From: Verrucomicrobiales bacterium
Lineage (GTDB): Bacteria > Verrucomicrobiota > Verrucomicrobiia > Limisphaerales > UBA1100
Length of the DNA stretch: 37,744 nucleotides
Assembly (NCBI GenBank): GCA_038139415.1
Contig: JAYOSV010000002.1
Span: forward strand, 42,172 to 79,915
Reading direction: 5' to 3'
The notes below the pieces were generated by a model. That model was not told the DNA's origin. It made no database searches and saw only the letters and a program-made list of their open reading frames with translations. The translations under genes were made by a program, and so were the position numbers. Position 1 is the stretch's first letter, and each line of letters begins with the position of its first letter. Of the stretch, positions 10,587 to 20,100 are shown one piece after another.

Positions 10587-11606
10587 ATGTGGCTTTGCCT
10601 TGCCATGATCCTAGGGCCGCTTGCTCTTTTGATTGCGTGGACATTTTACCAACACAAACGCTCCAAGGCCAACGAACACGATCAAATCGGCCCGTTAATC
10701 CTCAAGCTGGGCGCCAGCGGGTTAATGATAGTTTTAATCATCGGCTGTTTGAGCATGGGCGAGCTGGGTCTGATTCTCGTTATCGCGCCGGCGTTTTTGC
10801 TTGGGTTACTCTGGGTGGGGCCGGCGATGGATCTTCTGGGAGGTAAGGCAATCAATTCATTGATGGGTGGAGGCGAAGAGGTCGAGCCTAAGCCATTATA
10901 TTCGGTGGTGGAGGCGAAATGGCGTTCCGGGAAAGCGAAGCTGGCGATCGAGCTGATTGATGATGAGCTCGAAAAATTCCCGGGAGATTTCGAGGGGCAA
11001 ATGCTGAAGGCAACCATCCAAATGGAGTCCCTGCAGGATTTTGCCACTGCCGAAGGTACCCTGTTGGGCATCACGGCCCAAGAACAACACGAGCCAGGCC
11101 AGATTGCCCGGGCAATGAACCAACTAGCCGATTGGCAGAAAAAGGAAGGGCAAGAGGAGGCGATGCGGCTGACGCTGACGGGGTTGCGCGACCGTTTTCC
11201 GGGATCGGGCATTGAGCTGGCCAGTGCCCAACGCTTGGCGCGGTTGGATTTTTCCGTGGATTCCAATGACCGCCGTGATGCCAGCGAGCTGGTATCCGAA
11301 TGCCTCAAGCAGTTGGAAAAGCATCCCCTTGATAATCAAACACGAGAGCAGTTGGCGCGGATTTATTTCAATCGCTACGGCAAACCGGATTTGGCGTGGG
11401 AGGCATTAAACAAGCTCTTCGCCAATCCATTCCAGCACCCCCGCGACTTGGCGCGCTGGCTCAATCTCATGGCTGACTGGCATTTGGAAAAAAGTAATCC
11501 GGACGGGGCTCGGCAATGCCTTCAACAGGTCATTGCGCGCTTTCCGGATTTACCGTTTGCCGAGGAGGCGCAGGCGCGCCTCACTCGAATGCAGGATGTG
11601 GTTTAG
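10587..11606 (+). CDS. Membrane protein with three N-terminal TM helices and TPR-like repeats
   Basis: Three hydrophobic segments, then repeated helical TPR-like units ending ARQCLQQVIARFPD..FAEEAQARL. Confidence 0.75.
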   Translation: MWLCLAMILGPLALLIAWTFYQHKRSKANEHDQIGPLILKLGASGLMIVLIIGCLSMGELGLILVIAPAFLLGLLWVGPAMDLLGGKAINSLMGGGEEVEPKPLYSVVEAKWRSGKAKLAIELIDDELEKFPGDFEGQMLKATIQMESLQDFATAEGTLLGITAQEQHEPGQIARAMNQLADWQKKEGQEEAMRLTLTGLRDRFPGSGIELASAQRLARLDFSVDSNDRRDASELVSECLKQLEKHPLDNQTREQLARIYFNRYGKPDLAWEALNKLFANPFQHPRDLARWLNLMADWHLEKSNPDGARQCLQQVIARFPDLPFAEEAQARLTRMQDVV

Positions 11607-12019
11607 TTCTGCGGTTGGGGATTGGCCGCTGCAATCAGGGCCAGCGTCACCTGCTCAGCAATGGCCGAGGCGGTTTGTTGATCGGGGTTTCGATACTTGG
11701 TGCGCACTTGTATGCGCACGGCGGAAATCGCATCAGGCGCCTGTGGATCCGGTGAGATTTTCACCCACACATAACGTGTGTTGATTCGGGCGCTGATGAC
11801 ACTTTTAGTGGCTTCTTCCCCGGTGATCGTGCCCATGGCGCCCAACGCGATGCGAGTGGCCGCCATGACGTCGGCCACGGGTTTATCGTAACGCCGTTCC
11901 ACGGAGTCGGACCGCCAAGGGATGGGGGTGAATTTGGATTTATCATCTGCGGTGGTAAAGCAGCCCGCGCTCAGCACCACAGCCAAGCCCGCCAGAAAGT
12001 ATGTTTTAATCGCCCTCAT
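11603..12019 (-). CDS. Lipoprotein, DUF3568-like
   Basis: Likely true start MRAIKTYFLAGLAVVLSAG-C (lipobox), ERRYDKPV, VRIQVR. The longer ORF to 12391 overlaps the next gene. Confidence 0.65.
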   Translation of the reverse strand: MRAIKTYFLAGLAVVLSAGCFTTADDKSKFTPIPWRSDSVERRYDKPVADVMAATRIALGAMGTITGEEATKSVISARINTRYVWVKISPDPQAPDAISAVRIQVRTKYRNPDQQTASAIAEQVTLALIAAANPQPQN

Positions 12020-12086
12020 TGGACCGCCAATCAAAGCAGCGGGCCATAAATGAACAAGGGGGAACGATTCACAATCCAATTGCGTC

Positions 12087-12115
12087 TTGTCAGTAACTGC
12101 AGCGGTCCGTACCGT
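12087..12115 (+). promoter_or_regulatory. Putative sigma70 promoter (TTGTCA-N17-TACCGT)
   Basis: Motif and spacing, 13 nt upstream of ATG 12129. Confidence 0.5.
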
Positions 12116-12128
12116 GCGCCTTTCTGTG

Positions 12129-14687
12129 ATGAAAAACCGTTTTCTGATCATCGTGATGTCCGCCGGATTGGCGGGATGGAGCACCTCGGCATGGGCCCAA
12201 CGCGGCGACCGTAAGGGCCAGCAACAACCGGAGGTGTGGAAGAATTTTGATGTGCCGCCCGCGCCGGCCCTGACGCCCGAACAGGCGTTGAAGAGCTTTA
12301 GGCTGCAGCCCGGTTTTCGCATTGAAATCGCGGCGGCTGATCCGTTGGTGCACGACCCGGTGGCGATGAAGTTTGATGAGGACGGGCGCATGTGGGTGGT
12401 GGAAATGCGCGCTTACATGCCGAACGTGGACGGCACGGGCGAGGATGCTAAGGTGGGCAGCGTGGCCGTGCTGGAAGACACCAACGGCGATGGCCGCATG
12501 GATAAACGTACGGAATTTCTCAGTGGCCTGAACACGCCACGAGCGATCGCACTGGTCAAGGGGGGCGTATTGATTTCCGAGCCGCCTGTCCTTTGGTATT
12601 GTCAGGATACTGATGGGGATTTGAAGGCGGATAAGAAGACCGAAGCGTTTCGCGGATACGCAACCCAAGGGCCGGTGGAGCATACAGAGAACGGGTTGAT
12701 GCCCGGGCTGGATAACTGGCTGTACAACGCCAAGTCCACCAAGCGCCTGAAGTTTGTGGATGGCAAGGTGGTGGTAGAAAACACTGTCTTCCGCGGCCAA
12801 TGGGGCATCACGCAAGACAACTATGGCCGCCTTTATTACAACAGCAATTCGGCGCCCCTCTTTTGTGACACCATACCCGGCGTGTACACGGTGCGTAATC
12901 CGCATCATCCCACCCGCAATGGCTTAGGCTATCGGCTGTGGGAGGATGGTAGCGTGTGGACCAGCCGGTTGAACACCGGAATCAATCGCGGTTACCAAAA
13001 TGGGATGCTCCGCGACGGTCGTTTGGCACGCTGGACCGGCGCCAGTGGCCCGATGATTTATCGGGGAGACCAATATCCCGACGAGCTGATGGGCGACGCC
13101 TTCATCCCGGAACCGTGCGGCAACATGATTCGGTTGCAGAAACTTACCTGGAAGGACGGGCGGCCTTCTGGCACCAACGCTTACGACAAGGCCGAATGGC
13201 TGACTTCAACCGATGAACGGTTCCGCCCCGTGAGTCTTTACAACGGACCCGATGGCTGCGTGTATATCGTGGATATGTACCGTGGCATTCTGCAGCATAA
13301 ACATTATGTGACCACGTTCCTGCGAAAACAAATCATTGATCGCAAGTTGGATAAACATATCGGGCTTGGCCGCATCTACCGCGTGGTACACACCGGCCGA
13401 AAACCGCAGGCCGCTCCGAAAATGTCCGAACAAGGTTACGAGCAATTGATCGGTCATCTGGAATCCGGCAATGGATGGCGGCGTGACACTGCTCAGCGAT
13501 TGTTGGTCGAGCGAAACGAGAAAGCCGCACTGCCGATCCTGCGGGAGACCGCCACGGCCAGCGAATATCATCTTGCAAGACAGCATGCGCTGTGGGCGTT
13601 GGAAGGGCTGGCCGGACTGGATGCACCGACCGTCGCCCAAGCCTTGGGGGACAAACATCCGCGCGTGCGCATTGCTGCACTGCGAGTGGCTGAATCATTT
13701 ACTGCTAAGCTGGGGAGTCGTGAGGCGGATACCGAAGCGCGTGTGGCCTTGTTGCCGGCGCTGACTGAAGTGGCGCAGGACGAGAATGCCGATGTGCGCC
13801 AGCAGATGGCCTTAAGCCTGCCCGCGATTAAGGTGCCAGGCTCTGAGCCGTTGCTGCGGACGTTCGTGGTGAAGCACGCGGAGAATAGCGTGGTGCGAGA
13901 CGGGCTAATCAGCGGCCTGGCCGGGCGCGAGTTAGAATTCCTCCAACGCGTCGCCGCCAATGAAAACTGGGTGACCAACGGCAACCTTCGCAACATCGTT
14001 CAGGCTTTGGCCGGTTGCGTGGCACGTCAGCGGAATGCCGCGCGGTTGGAGCAGTTGCTGAAGCTGGCGCAAAGCCTGCCGTCGGCAGCGCAGATTAATT
14101 TGCTCGATGGCATCAACAAGGCGGCGTTTCCGAAGGGGCGGGGCTTGAAACCGGTGGCCTTCCAGTCACAGCCCCAGTCCATGGCGTCCATGGCGGAGAG
14201 TGATGATCAAAAGGTGAAGGAACGCGTGGCGCGTTTATCAAAATTCATCGTGTGGGGAGAATTGGCGAAGCCGCCAGTACCGCCACGCGCCTTGACGGCA
14301 GCCGAACTTAAACAATTTGATTTGGGTAAAATTTTGTACACCGCCACCTGTGGCGCGTGCCATCAAGCCAATGGCTTGGGCGAAGAAGGCAAGGCACCCC
14401 CGCTCTTGGATTCGCCGTTTCTCGTGGGGCCGGCAGATCGGGCGATTGGTATTGTGTTGCATGGGGTAACCGGGCCAATCACTGTGCATGGTCGGCAATA
14501 CAACATGAGCATGCCGGCGTTACAGGGATTTCAATCCGAACAAATTGCGGCCATTCTTACCTATACCCGCCGCGAATGGGATCACCGAGCGGATCCGGTC
14601 ACCCCCGAACAGGTGGATCGCCTGAAGGCGGCTGAGAAAAAACGAGAAGCACCCTGGACCGAAGCGGAATTGCTGAAGCTGAAATAA
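12129..14687 (+). CDS. PVC-type exported dehydrogenase-like beta-propeller + HEAT repeats + c-type cytochrome
   Basis: Signal peptide; PGFRIEIAAADPLVHDPVAMKFDEDGRMWVVEM, EDTNGDGRMDK, FRPVSLYNGPDGCVYIVDMY; HEAT-like repeats; heme motif CGACH with a distal MP. Confidence 0.85.
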   Translation: MKNRFLIIVMSAGLAGWSTSAWAQRGDRKGQQQPEVWKNFDVPPAPALTPEQALKSFRLQPGFRIEIAAADPLVHDPVAMKFDEDGRMWVVEMRAYMPNVDGTGEDAKVGSVAVLEDTNGDGRMDKRTEFLSGLNTPRAIALVKGGVLISEPPVLWYCQDTDGDLKADKKTEAFRGYATQGPVEHTENGLMPGLDNWLYNAKSTKRLKFVDGKVVVENTVFRGQWGITQDNYGRLYYNSNSAPLFCDTIPGVYTVRNPHHPTRNGLGYRLWEDGSVWTSRLNTGINRGYQNGMLRDGRLARWTGASGPMIYRGDQYPDELMGDAFIPEPCGNMIRLQKLTWKDGRPSGTNAYDKAEWLTSTDERFRPVSLYNGPDGCVYIVDMYRGILQHKHYVTTFLRKQIIDRKLDKHIGLGRIYRVVHTGRKPQAAPKMSEQGYEQLIGHLESGNGWRRDTAQRLLVERNEKAALPILRETATASEYHLARQHALWALEGLAGLDAPTVAQALGDKHPRVRIAALRVAESFTAKLGSREADTEARVALLPALTEVAQDENADVRQQMALSLPAIKVPGSEPLLRTFVVKHAENSVVRDGLISGLAGRELEFLQRVAANENWVTNGNLRNIVQALAGCVARQRNAARLEQLLKLAQSLPSAAQINLLDGINKAAFPKGRGLKPVAFQSQPQSMASMAESDDQKVKERVARLSKFIVWGELAKPPVPPRALTAAELKQFDLGKILYTATCGACHQANGLGEEGKAPPLLDSPFLVGPADRAIGIVLHGVTGPITVHGRQYNMSMPALQGFQSEQIAAILTYTRREWDHRADPVTPEQVDRLKAAEKKREAPWTEAELLKLK

Positions 14688-14688
14688 C

Positions 14689-15852
14689 TCAGGGCAATGT
14701 TTCCACTAGGGTTACCGTGCCATTGACAAAATGGAAGTGCACCTGTGAGCGGATGGTATCATCCACGAGATTTCGGATTCTCATGTCCCGATAGGCGTAC
14801 ACTTTGCCGTCAATAATTTCATCGGGATTGCCAAATTCCTCAACTATCTTGGTGTAGTATTGGCTGAGGTACACCAGATCGATTCGTTTATCTACTTGGC
14901 CGGGCGGCGTGGGGGTGTCGGGTTTGCCAGTCAACCAAGCGCGTGTGCGGTTGGGTAACTGGCCGGGGATCACGGTCGTTGCATTGGTGTTGGTGGATTG
15001 GTTGGCCGGCGGTGGAGTGTTGGTGATGCTGGTGATCGGCTCGAGAGGGGGTGGGGCGACCTGGACGGGCGGAGGGATGATGGATAGCAGCTGGCCTTCG
15101 CGGTTCCAAATGGTCCGCCGAATGATGTGGTTATTTTCATAAACGAGTTCCTGAGAACGGATTCCAGTGTCATTCCAGTAAAGCAAAATGGTTCCGGTGC
15201 CTTCCTGTAGTTGGCCGGAGAGATGCCCTTGGAAATCGTAGCTGGTCGCCTGGGTTAACCGGCCATTATGATATGTTTCCTTGAGGGCTGTTTTGCCATT
15301 GATGTGCCATACGGTACGTTGACCATGGCGAGCGCCATCGGAGAAAGTGGTTTGTTCCCATTGCGCGCCGTCGTTGAAAAAGGCGTGCGCGATGCCGTCA
15401 AAGGGATCGGGCTGGCCTTGTTCGTAGGTGAGATTATCCCCGCGCCGTTCGAGGGTTTCCATCAGCGTTTTTTCGTTTAGGAATTTCAGCCAGACAACGA
15501 GTGAGAGGCAAAGGACCCCGAGCATGCCGGCCCAAATGCCGATCCGTATCCAGTTGCGTTTGGGGAGTTCAGTATGGTGACGGGACACCATGAACTGCGC
15601 GGTTGGGCTGGCTGGGCGGCCTTCGAGAGCTGACGTAGCGGCGGCGGTCGCTTCGGCTCGGCGTTGTTCTCGCAGGGCAAAGGCGCGATCGGAAAGGCCA
15701 TCAATTTGATCGAGGGTCACCCATTCGCGGCTGCCATCGGGCCAAGCGATATCCCATGTATGCAGTTTTCCCTCAGCGAGCAGTTGGCACGCTTGATCAT
15801 AGGTATAAGGGCCCAAATGGCGCCCATCCCGGTTGACGAGAATGTGAAGCAT
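14689..15852 (-). CDS. GYF_2 (DUF4339) domain + TM helix + MORN-like/YwqK-like repeats + Pro/Thr linker + small C-terminal domain
   Basis: RDGRHLGPYT...AWPDGSREW (GYF_2), TM helix IGIWAGMLGVLCLSLVVW, PFDG...DGARHG..WHING...Y.NG repeats. AAGGAGG SD. Confidence 0.7.
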   Translation of the reverse strand: MLHILVNRDGRHLGPYTYDQACQLLAEGKLHTWDIAWPDGSREWVTLDQIDGLSDRAFALREQRRAEATAAATSALEGRPASPTAQFMVSRHHTELPKRNWIRIGIWAGMLGVLCLSLVVWLKFLNEKTLMETLERRGDNLTYEQGQPDPFDGIAHAFFNDGAQWEQTTFSDGARHGQRTVWHINGKTALKETYHNGRLTQATSYDFQGHLSGQLQEGTGTILLYWNDTGIRSQELVYENNHIIRRTIWNREGQLLSIIPPPVQVAPPPLEPITSITNTPPPANQSTNTNATTVIPGQLPNRTRAWLTGKPDTPTPPGQVDKRIDLVYLSQYYTKIVEEFGNPDEIIDGKVYAYRDMRIRNLVDDTIRSQVHFHFVNGTVTLVETLP

Positions 15853-15928
15853 GAAACGGCCTCCTTGGCCATTCCGTGGAGGCTATCCAGAAAGGGTTGA
15901 AAATCAAAGGTTTAACGCATTTATTTTC

Positions 15929-16801
15929 TTATTTTGAGAGGGCGACAATGTACCCGTGAAGGCGGGCGGCGTCGGCAGTTTGATTATCACGCTGGTAAAT
16001 CTGGTGCAGATTACTGCACATGCGCAGGAGGATGCGACGGGAACTGGCCGGCATGAGAAAGGCCTCGTGATATTCGTAGCCGGCTTGTTTGAGATATTTC
16101 ATGCAATCGGTCTTGGTGAGAAGGCGCCCTTTGTTAAAGGCATCAATATAATAATCTTGGCGAGGCGTTTGGAATCGACACAGGAAGTGGCCGGGTAATC
16201 CGATGCCGGTCACTGGCAGGCCCAAGCGTCGGCCTACCAGTTGGTAGATGATGCATAGGGAAATGGGGTTTCCCGTGCGCTGATCAATTACGCGGTTGAG
16301 GTAGCTATTGTCTGCGGAGTAATAATTATCTTCGTTGCCCTGGTAGCGTTGAGTTTGGAAGAGGTAGCGATTTATGGCGGCCATGATGCCTTCGGGTTCG
16401 GAGCCAAAATCAATTTTTTGCATGAGATCATGCGCGTAATCGTCCAGCACAGCGCGATAGGCCTCAGTGTTGATATCGGAATTAACGGTGCGAGCTAAGA
16501 GCCAGCAGGCTTCTTCCAATTCGAAATCCTCACCATGATTCAGGCAAAAAGCGTGAAATTCAGTATCGGCCCTAAGACATTTGAAATGGGAGATTATATT
16601 TAACGAACGGCGCCGCATTAAGGGGTTTTCATCTAAAACATAATTTTCCAGCCAGCCACAGAAATCCGGTCCCAGAGAGATTATTTTCTCGCGAACAGGT
16701 AGGTATATCTCGGGATCTTCATCGGCTAACAAACATAGCAACGCCTTTCTCTTCTCCTCAGATAAATCAAACTTCGTCTTCCCTAAATCAGAATCGCCCA
16801 T
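15929..16801 (-). CDS. SirB1/transglutaminase-like (Transglut_core2) family protein
   Basis: GNEDNYYSADNSYLNRVIDQRTGNPISLCIIY, GIGLPGHFL, YIDAFNKG, ILLRMCSNL. Confidence 0.88.
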   Translation of the reverse strand: MGDSDLGKTKFDLSEEKRKALLCLLADEDPEIYLPVREKIISLGPDFCGWLENYVLDENPLMRRRSLNIISHFKCLRADTEFHAFCLNHGEDFELEEACWLLARTVNSDINTEAYRAVLDDYAHDLMQKIDFGSEPEGIMAAINRYLFQTQRYQGNEDNYYSADNSYLNRVIDQRTGNPISLCIIYQLVGRRLGLPVTGIGLPGHFLCRFQTPRQDYYIDAFNKGRLLTKTDCMKYLKQAGYEYHEAFLMPASSRRILLRMCSNLHQIYQRDNQTADAARLHGYIVALSK

Positions 16802-16893
16802 TGGATTTCAATTTGCATGATCCTAAATTAAACGCAAATCAACAGAAATGTTTAAACTTTGTTTTAAATGGTTATTTTTGCGGCTTAAACGAC

Positions 16894-16913
16894 TTTGTGA
16901 AAAAAATCACAAA
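16894..16913. promoter_or_regulatory. Palindromic operator TTTGTGA-N6-TCACAAA (Rex/ROP- or CRP-family-type)
   Basis: Perfect 7-bp arms with a 6-bp spacer; fits TGTGA-N6-TCACA exactly and Rex TTGTGAA-N4-TTCACAA with one mismatch. Confidence 0.7.
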
Positions 16914-16932
16914 TTGCTTGCGCTAGGATTGT

Positions 16933-17040
16933 TTGAGGGCTTATTTTTGATTTTTTATGCTGTATGAGTTTAATTTAAAGGGAAGTCATATGGACTCAGT
17001 TCACGTATTTTATCACATGGCTTAAAAAATAAGCCCTCAA
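16933..17040. repeat. Perfect 16-bp inverted repeat with a 76-nt spacer
   Basis: TTGAGGGCTTATTTTT (16933-16948) / AAAAATAAGCCCTCAA (17025-17040). Confidence 0.85.
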
Positions 17041-17177
17041 GATAATTTTTACTTATAATTAAAATAAGAGTCTGTTCTTTGTTTGGCCGATTAAAAAAAC
17101 GTCAATATAATCGAGTTTCCGACTCCGAGGGCTTTGAGGCCAAAAGGTTTCCAGTTAAGAGAAACATAATTAACAAC

Positions 17178-20100
17178 ATGGGTAACAAATTTCAATTTGG
17201 ACTGCCTCAAAAGCAGGGGCTTTATGATCCTGCAAACGAGAAAGACAGCTGCGGCGTTGGGTTTGTGGCGAATTTGAAGGGCGAACCGAGCCATCAGAAT
17301 GTGCTCGATGCGTTGCAGATGCTGGTGAACATGGAGCACCGCGGCGGTTGCGGTTGCGAGCCGAACACCGGTGATGGCGCCGGTATTCTGGTCGGATTGC
17401 CGGAGAGTTTTCTGCGTAAAGTGGCTCAGGAAGATTTGGGCGTGGAGCTGCCGGCGAAGGGGCGATTCGGTGCCGGCTTGGTGTTTCTGCCCACGATAGA
17501 GTCTGAGCGTAAGCAGTGCATGGAGGCCGTGGAGGCGATCATCGCCGAGCAGGGCCAGCAATGTCTGGGCTGGCGAGATGTACCCGTCCGCACGGAGGAA
17601 GCGAATGTGGGGCCGGCTGCGCGCGCGGCGGAGCCGCACATCATGCAACTTTTCATTGGCGCGGCCGATGGGTTGGAGGGCGACGATTTCGAACGGCAGC
17701 TGTATGTGATCCGCAAACGCGCGAGTCATCAGTTGCGCTTTGATGAAAGCCTAGAGCAACGGTTGCTCTTTTACATTTGCAGTCTCTCCACCAAGGTGAT
17801 GATCTATAAGGGCATGCTGAACACCGAGCAGGTGCTGCAGTACTTTGCTGATCTGGACAATCCGGATTTCGCCACGCACCTCGCCATGGTGCACTCGCGA
17901 TTCTCGACCAACACTTTCCCGAGTTGGGACCGCGCGCAACCGTTCCGGTTCATGAGTCATAACGGCGAGATCAACACGCTTCGCGGCAATGTGAACGCCA
18001 TGCGTTCTCGGCAGGGCACGCTCGAGAGCGAACTGATGGGAGAGGATTTGCAGAAGTTATATCCGATCATGGAGCCGGAATGCTCTGATTCCGGGAACTT
18101 CGATAACGCGCTGGAATTCCTACTGATGAGCGGGCGTACTCTGCAGGAGGCTGTGCTGCTGATGGTTCCCGAGGCATGGCAGAAGCACAAACACATGGCG
18201 CAATCCAAGCGCGATTTTTACGAGTACAACTCCTGTATCATGGAGCCGTGGGATGGCCCGGCGTCGATTGCCTTTACCGATGGTAAATACATTGGCGCGG
18301 TTCTGGATCGGAACGGGCTGCGGCCGAGCCGCTATTATGAAACGCACGATGATCGCGTGATCATGGCCAGTGAAGTGGGCGTGATACCGGTGGATCCGGC
18401 GAACGTGCGATCGAAGGGCCGCCTGCAGCCGGGCCGTCTATTCCTCGTGGATTTCGAGCAGGGCCGGATTGTGCCAGATGACGAGATTAAGTCTGAATTC
18501 GCCACGCAACGACCCTATGGCGACTGGCTCAAGAACCAGCGTATCGAGATGGACGATATTGCTGCTGCCGGCGAGGCCGCGGGGCTGGATGAAGCCACGC
18601 TCTTGCAGCGCATGCAGGCCTTTGGGTTCACCACCGAGACGCTTCAGTTCATGCTCTTGCCGCTCGTGCATGAGAAGCGCGATCCGCTTGGCTCGATGGG
18701 TAACGATGCCGCGCTTGCTTGCCTCAGCGACAAGCCGCGGATGATCTACGATTATTTCCGCCAACTCTTTGCTCAGGTGACCAATCCCGCGATCGATTCG
18801 ATCCGTGAGGAAGTCATCATGTCTCTCGAGTGTTACATTGGGCCGGAAAAGAATTTGCTCGAAACCACCGAAGGCCATGCGCAACGCCTGCATATGCCGC
18901 ATCCAATTCTCACCAACGAAGAATTGCACGCGCTCAAGGGCATGGATTATCGCGGCTGGCGCTCGAAGGAGATCGACATCACGTTCCCGAAGGAGTCCGG
19001 CATTGCCGGGGTGCGCGAGACGCTCGATCGCATTTGTGCTGAGGCCGAGCAGGCGATCAAGGATGGCTACAGCCTCGCGATCCTTAGCGATCGTGCGGTG
19101 TCGGCCAATCGCGTGCCGGTGAGCACGCTGATGGCCACGGGCGCGGTGCATCATTATCTCGTGAAAAACGCTCTGCGTACGCAGATCGGGTTGGTACTGG
19201 AAACCGGAGAAGCTCGCGAGGTGCATCATCACTGTCTGCTCGTGGGATACGGCGCTGACGCGATCAATCCCTACATGGCGTTTGAGGCGTTGTGGAAGTC
19301 CCGCCGCGAGGGCCTGTGTAATCCTGAAGAATTTGGCGATGACGCCTCGCTGGTGGCGGCCTATCGTAAGGGTGTGGCCAAGGGCATGCTCAAGGTGATG
19401 GCCAAGATGGGCATCTCCACGCTCCATTCCTACAAGGGCGCGCAAATCTTTGAGGCGATTGGTCTGCAGGATGAGGTAATTGACCTGAGCTTCGTGGGCA
19501 CGGCCAGTCGCGTGCAGGGTGTAAACCTTGATGAACTGGCGGAGGAAATGTTGCGTCGCCACGCGCTGGGTTTTCCATCGCGCGAGGAGGACAAGGTGGA
19601 AACGCTGCCCAACCCGGGTGAATTCCACTGGCGCGCCGAGGGCGAGAAGCACATGTGGAATCCGAATTCCATCGCTGCGCTCCAATCCGCAGCGCGCACG
19701 AACAATTTTGATTCCTACAAACAATTTTCCGATCACATTAACAACGATTCCAAGGCGCGCTGCGCGCTGCGTGGGTTGATGGAGTTCAAGGACGGCGTGA
19801 ATGGCGGCCCGATCCCGATTGAGGAAGTGGAGCCGGCCAGTGAGATTGTGAAGCGTTTCTGCACCGGCGCGATGAGCTTCGGCTCCATCTCTGCCGAGGC
19901 ACACGAGGGCCTTGCGATTGCGATGAACCGTCTGGGCGGCAAGAGCAATACCGGCGAAGGCGGCGAAGATCCGGAGCGGTTTAATCCGTTGCCCAACGGC
20001 GATTCCAAGCGCTCAGCGATCAAGCAGATTGCCTCGGGCCGGTTTGGGGTGACCATCTGGTACCTCACCAACGCCGACGAGCTTCAGATAAAGATTTCTC

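Noticed and set aside
16802..17177. oriC candidate (AT-rich, parB about 20 kb away)
   Set aside because: Only one relaxed DnaA-box match, inside the palindrome, with no box cluster and no dnaA/dnaN nearby. GC-skew analysis would be needed to revisit this
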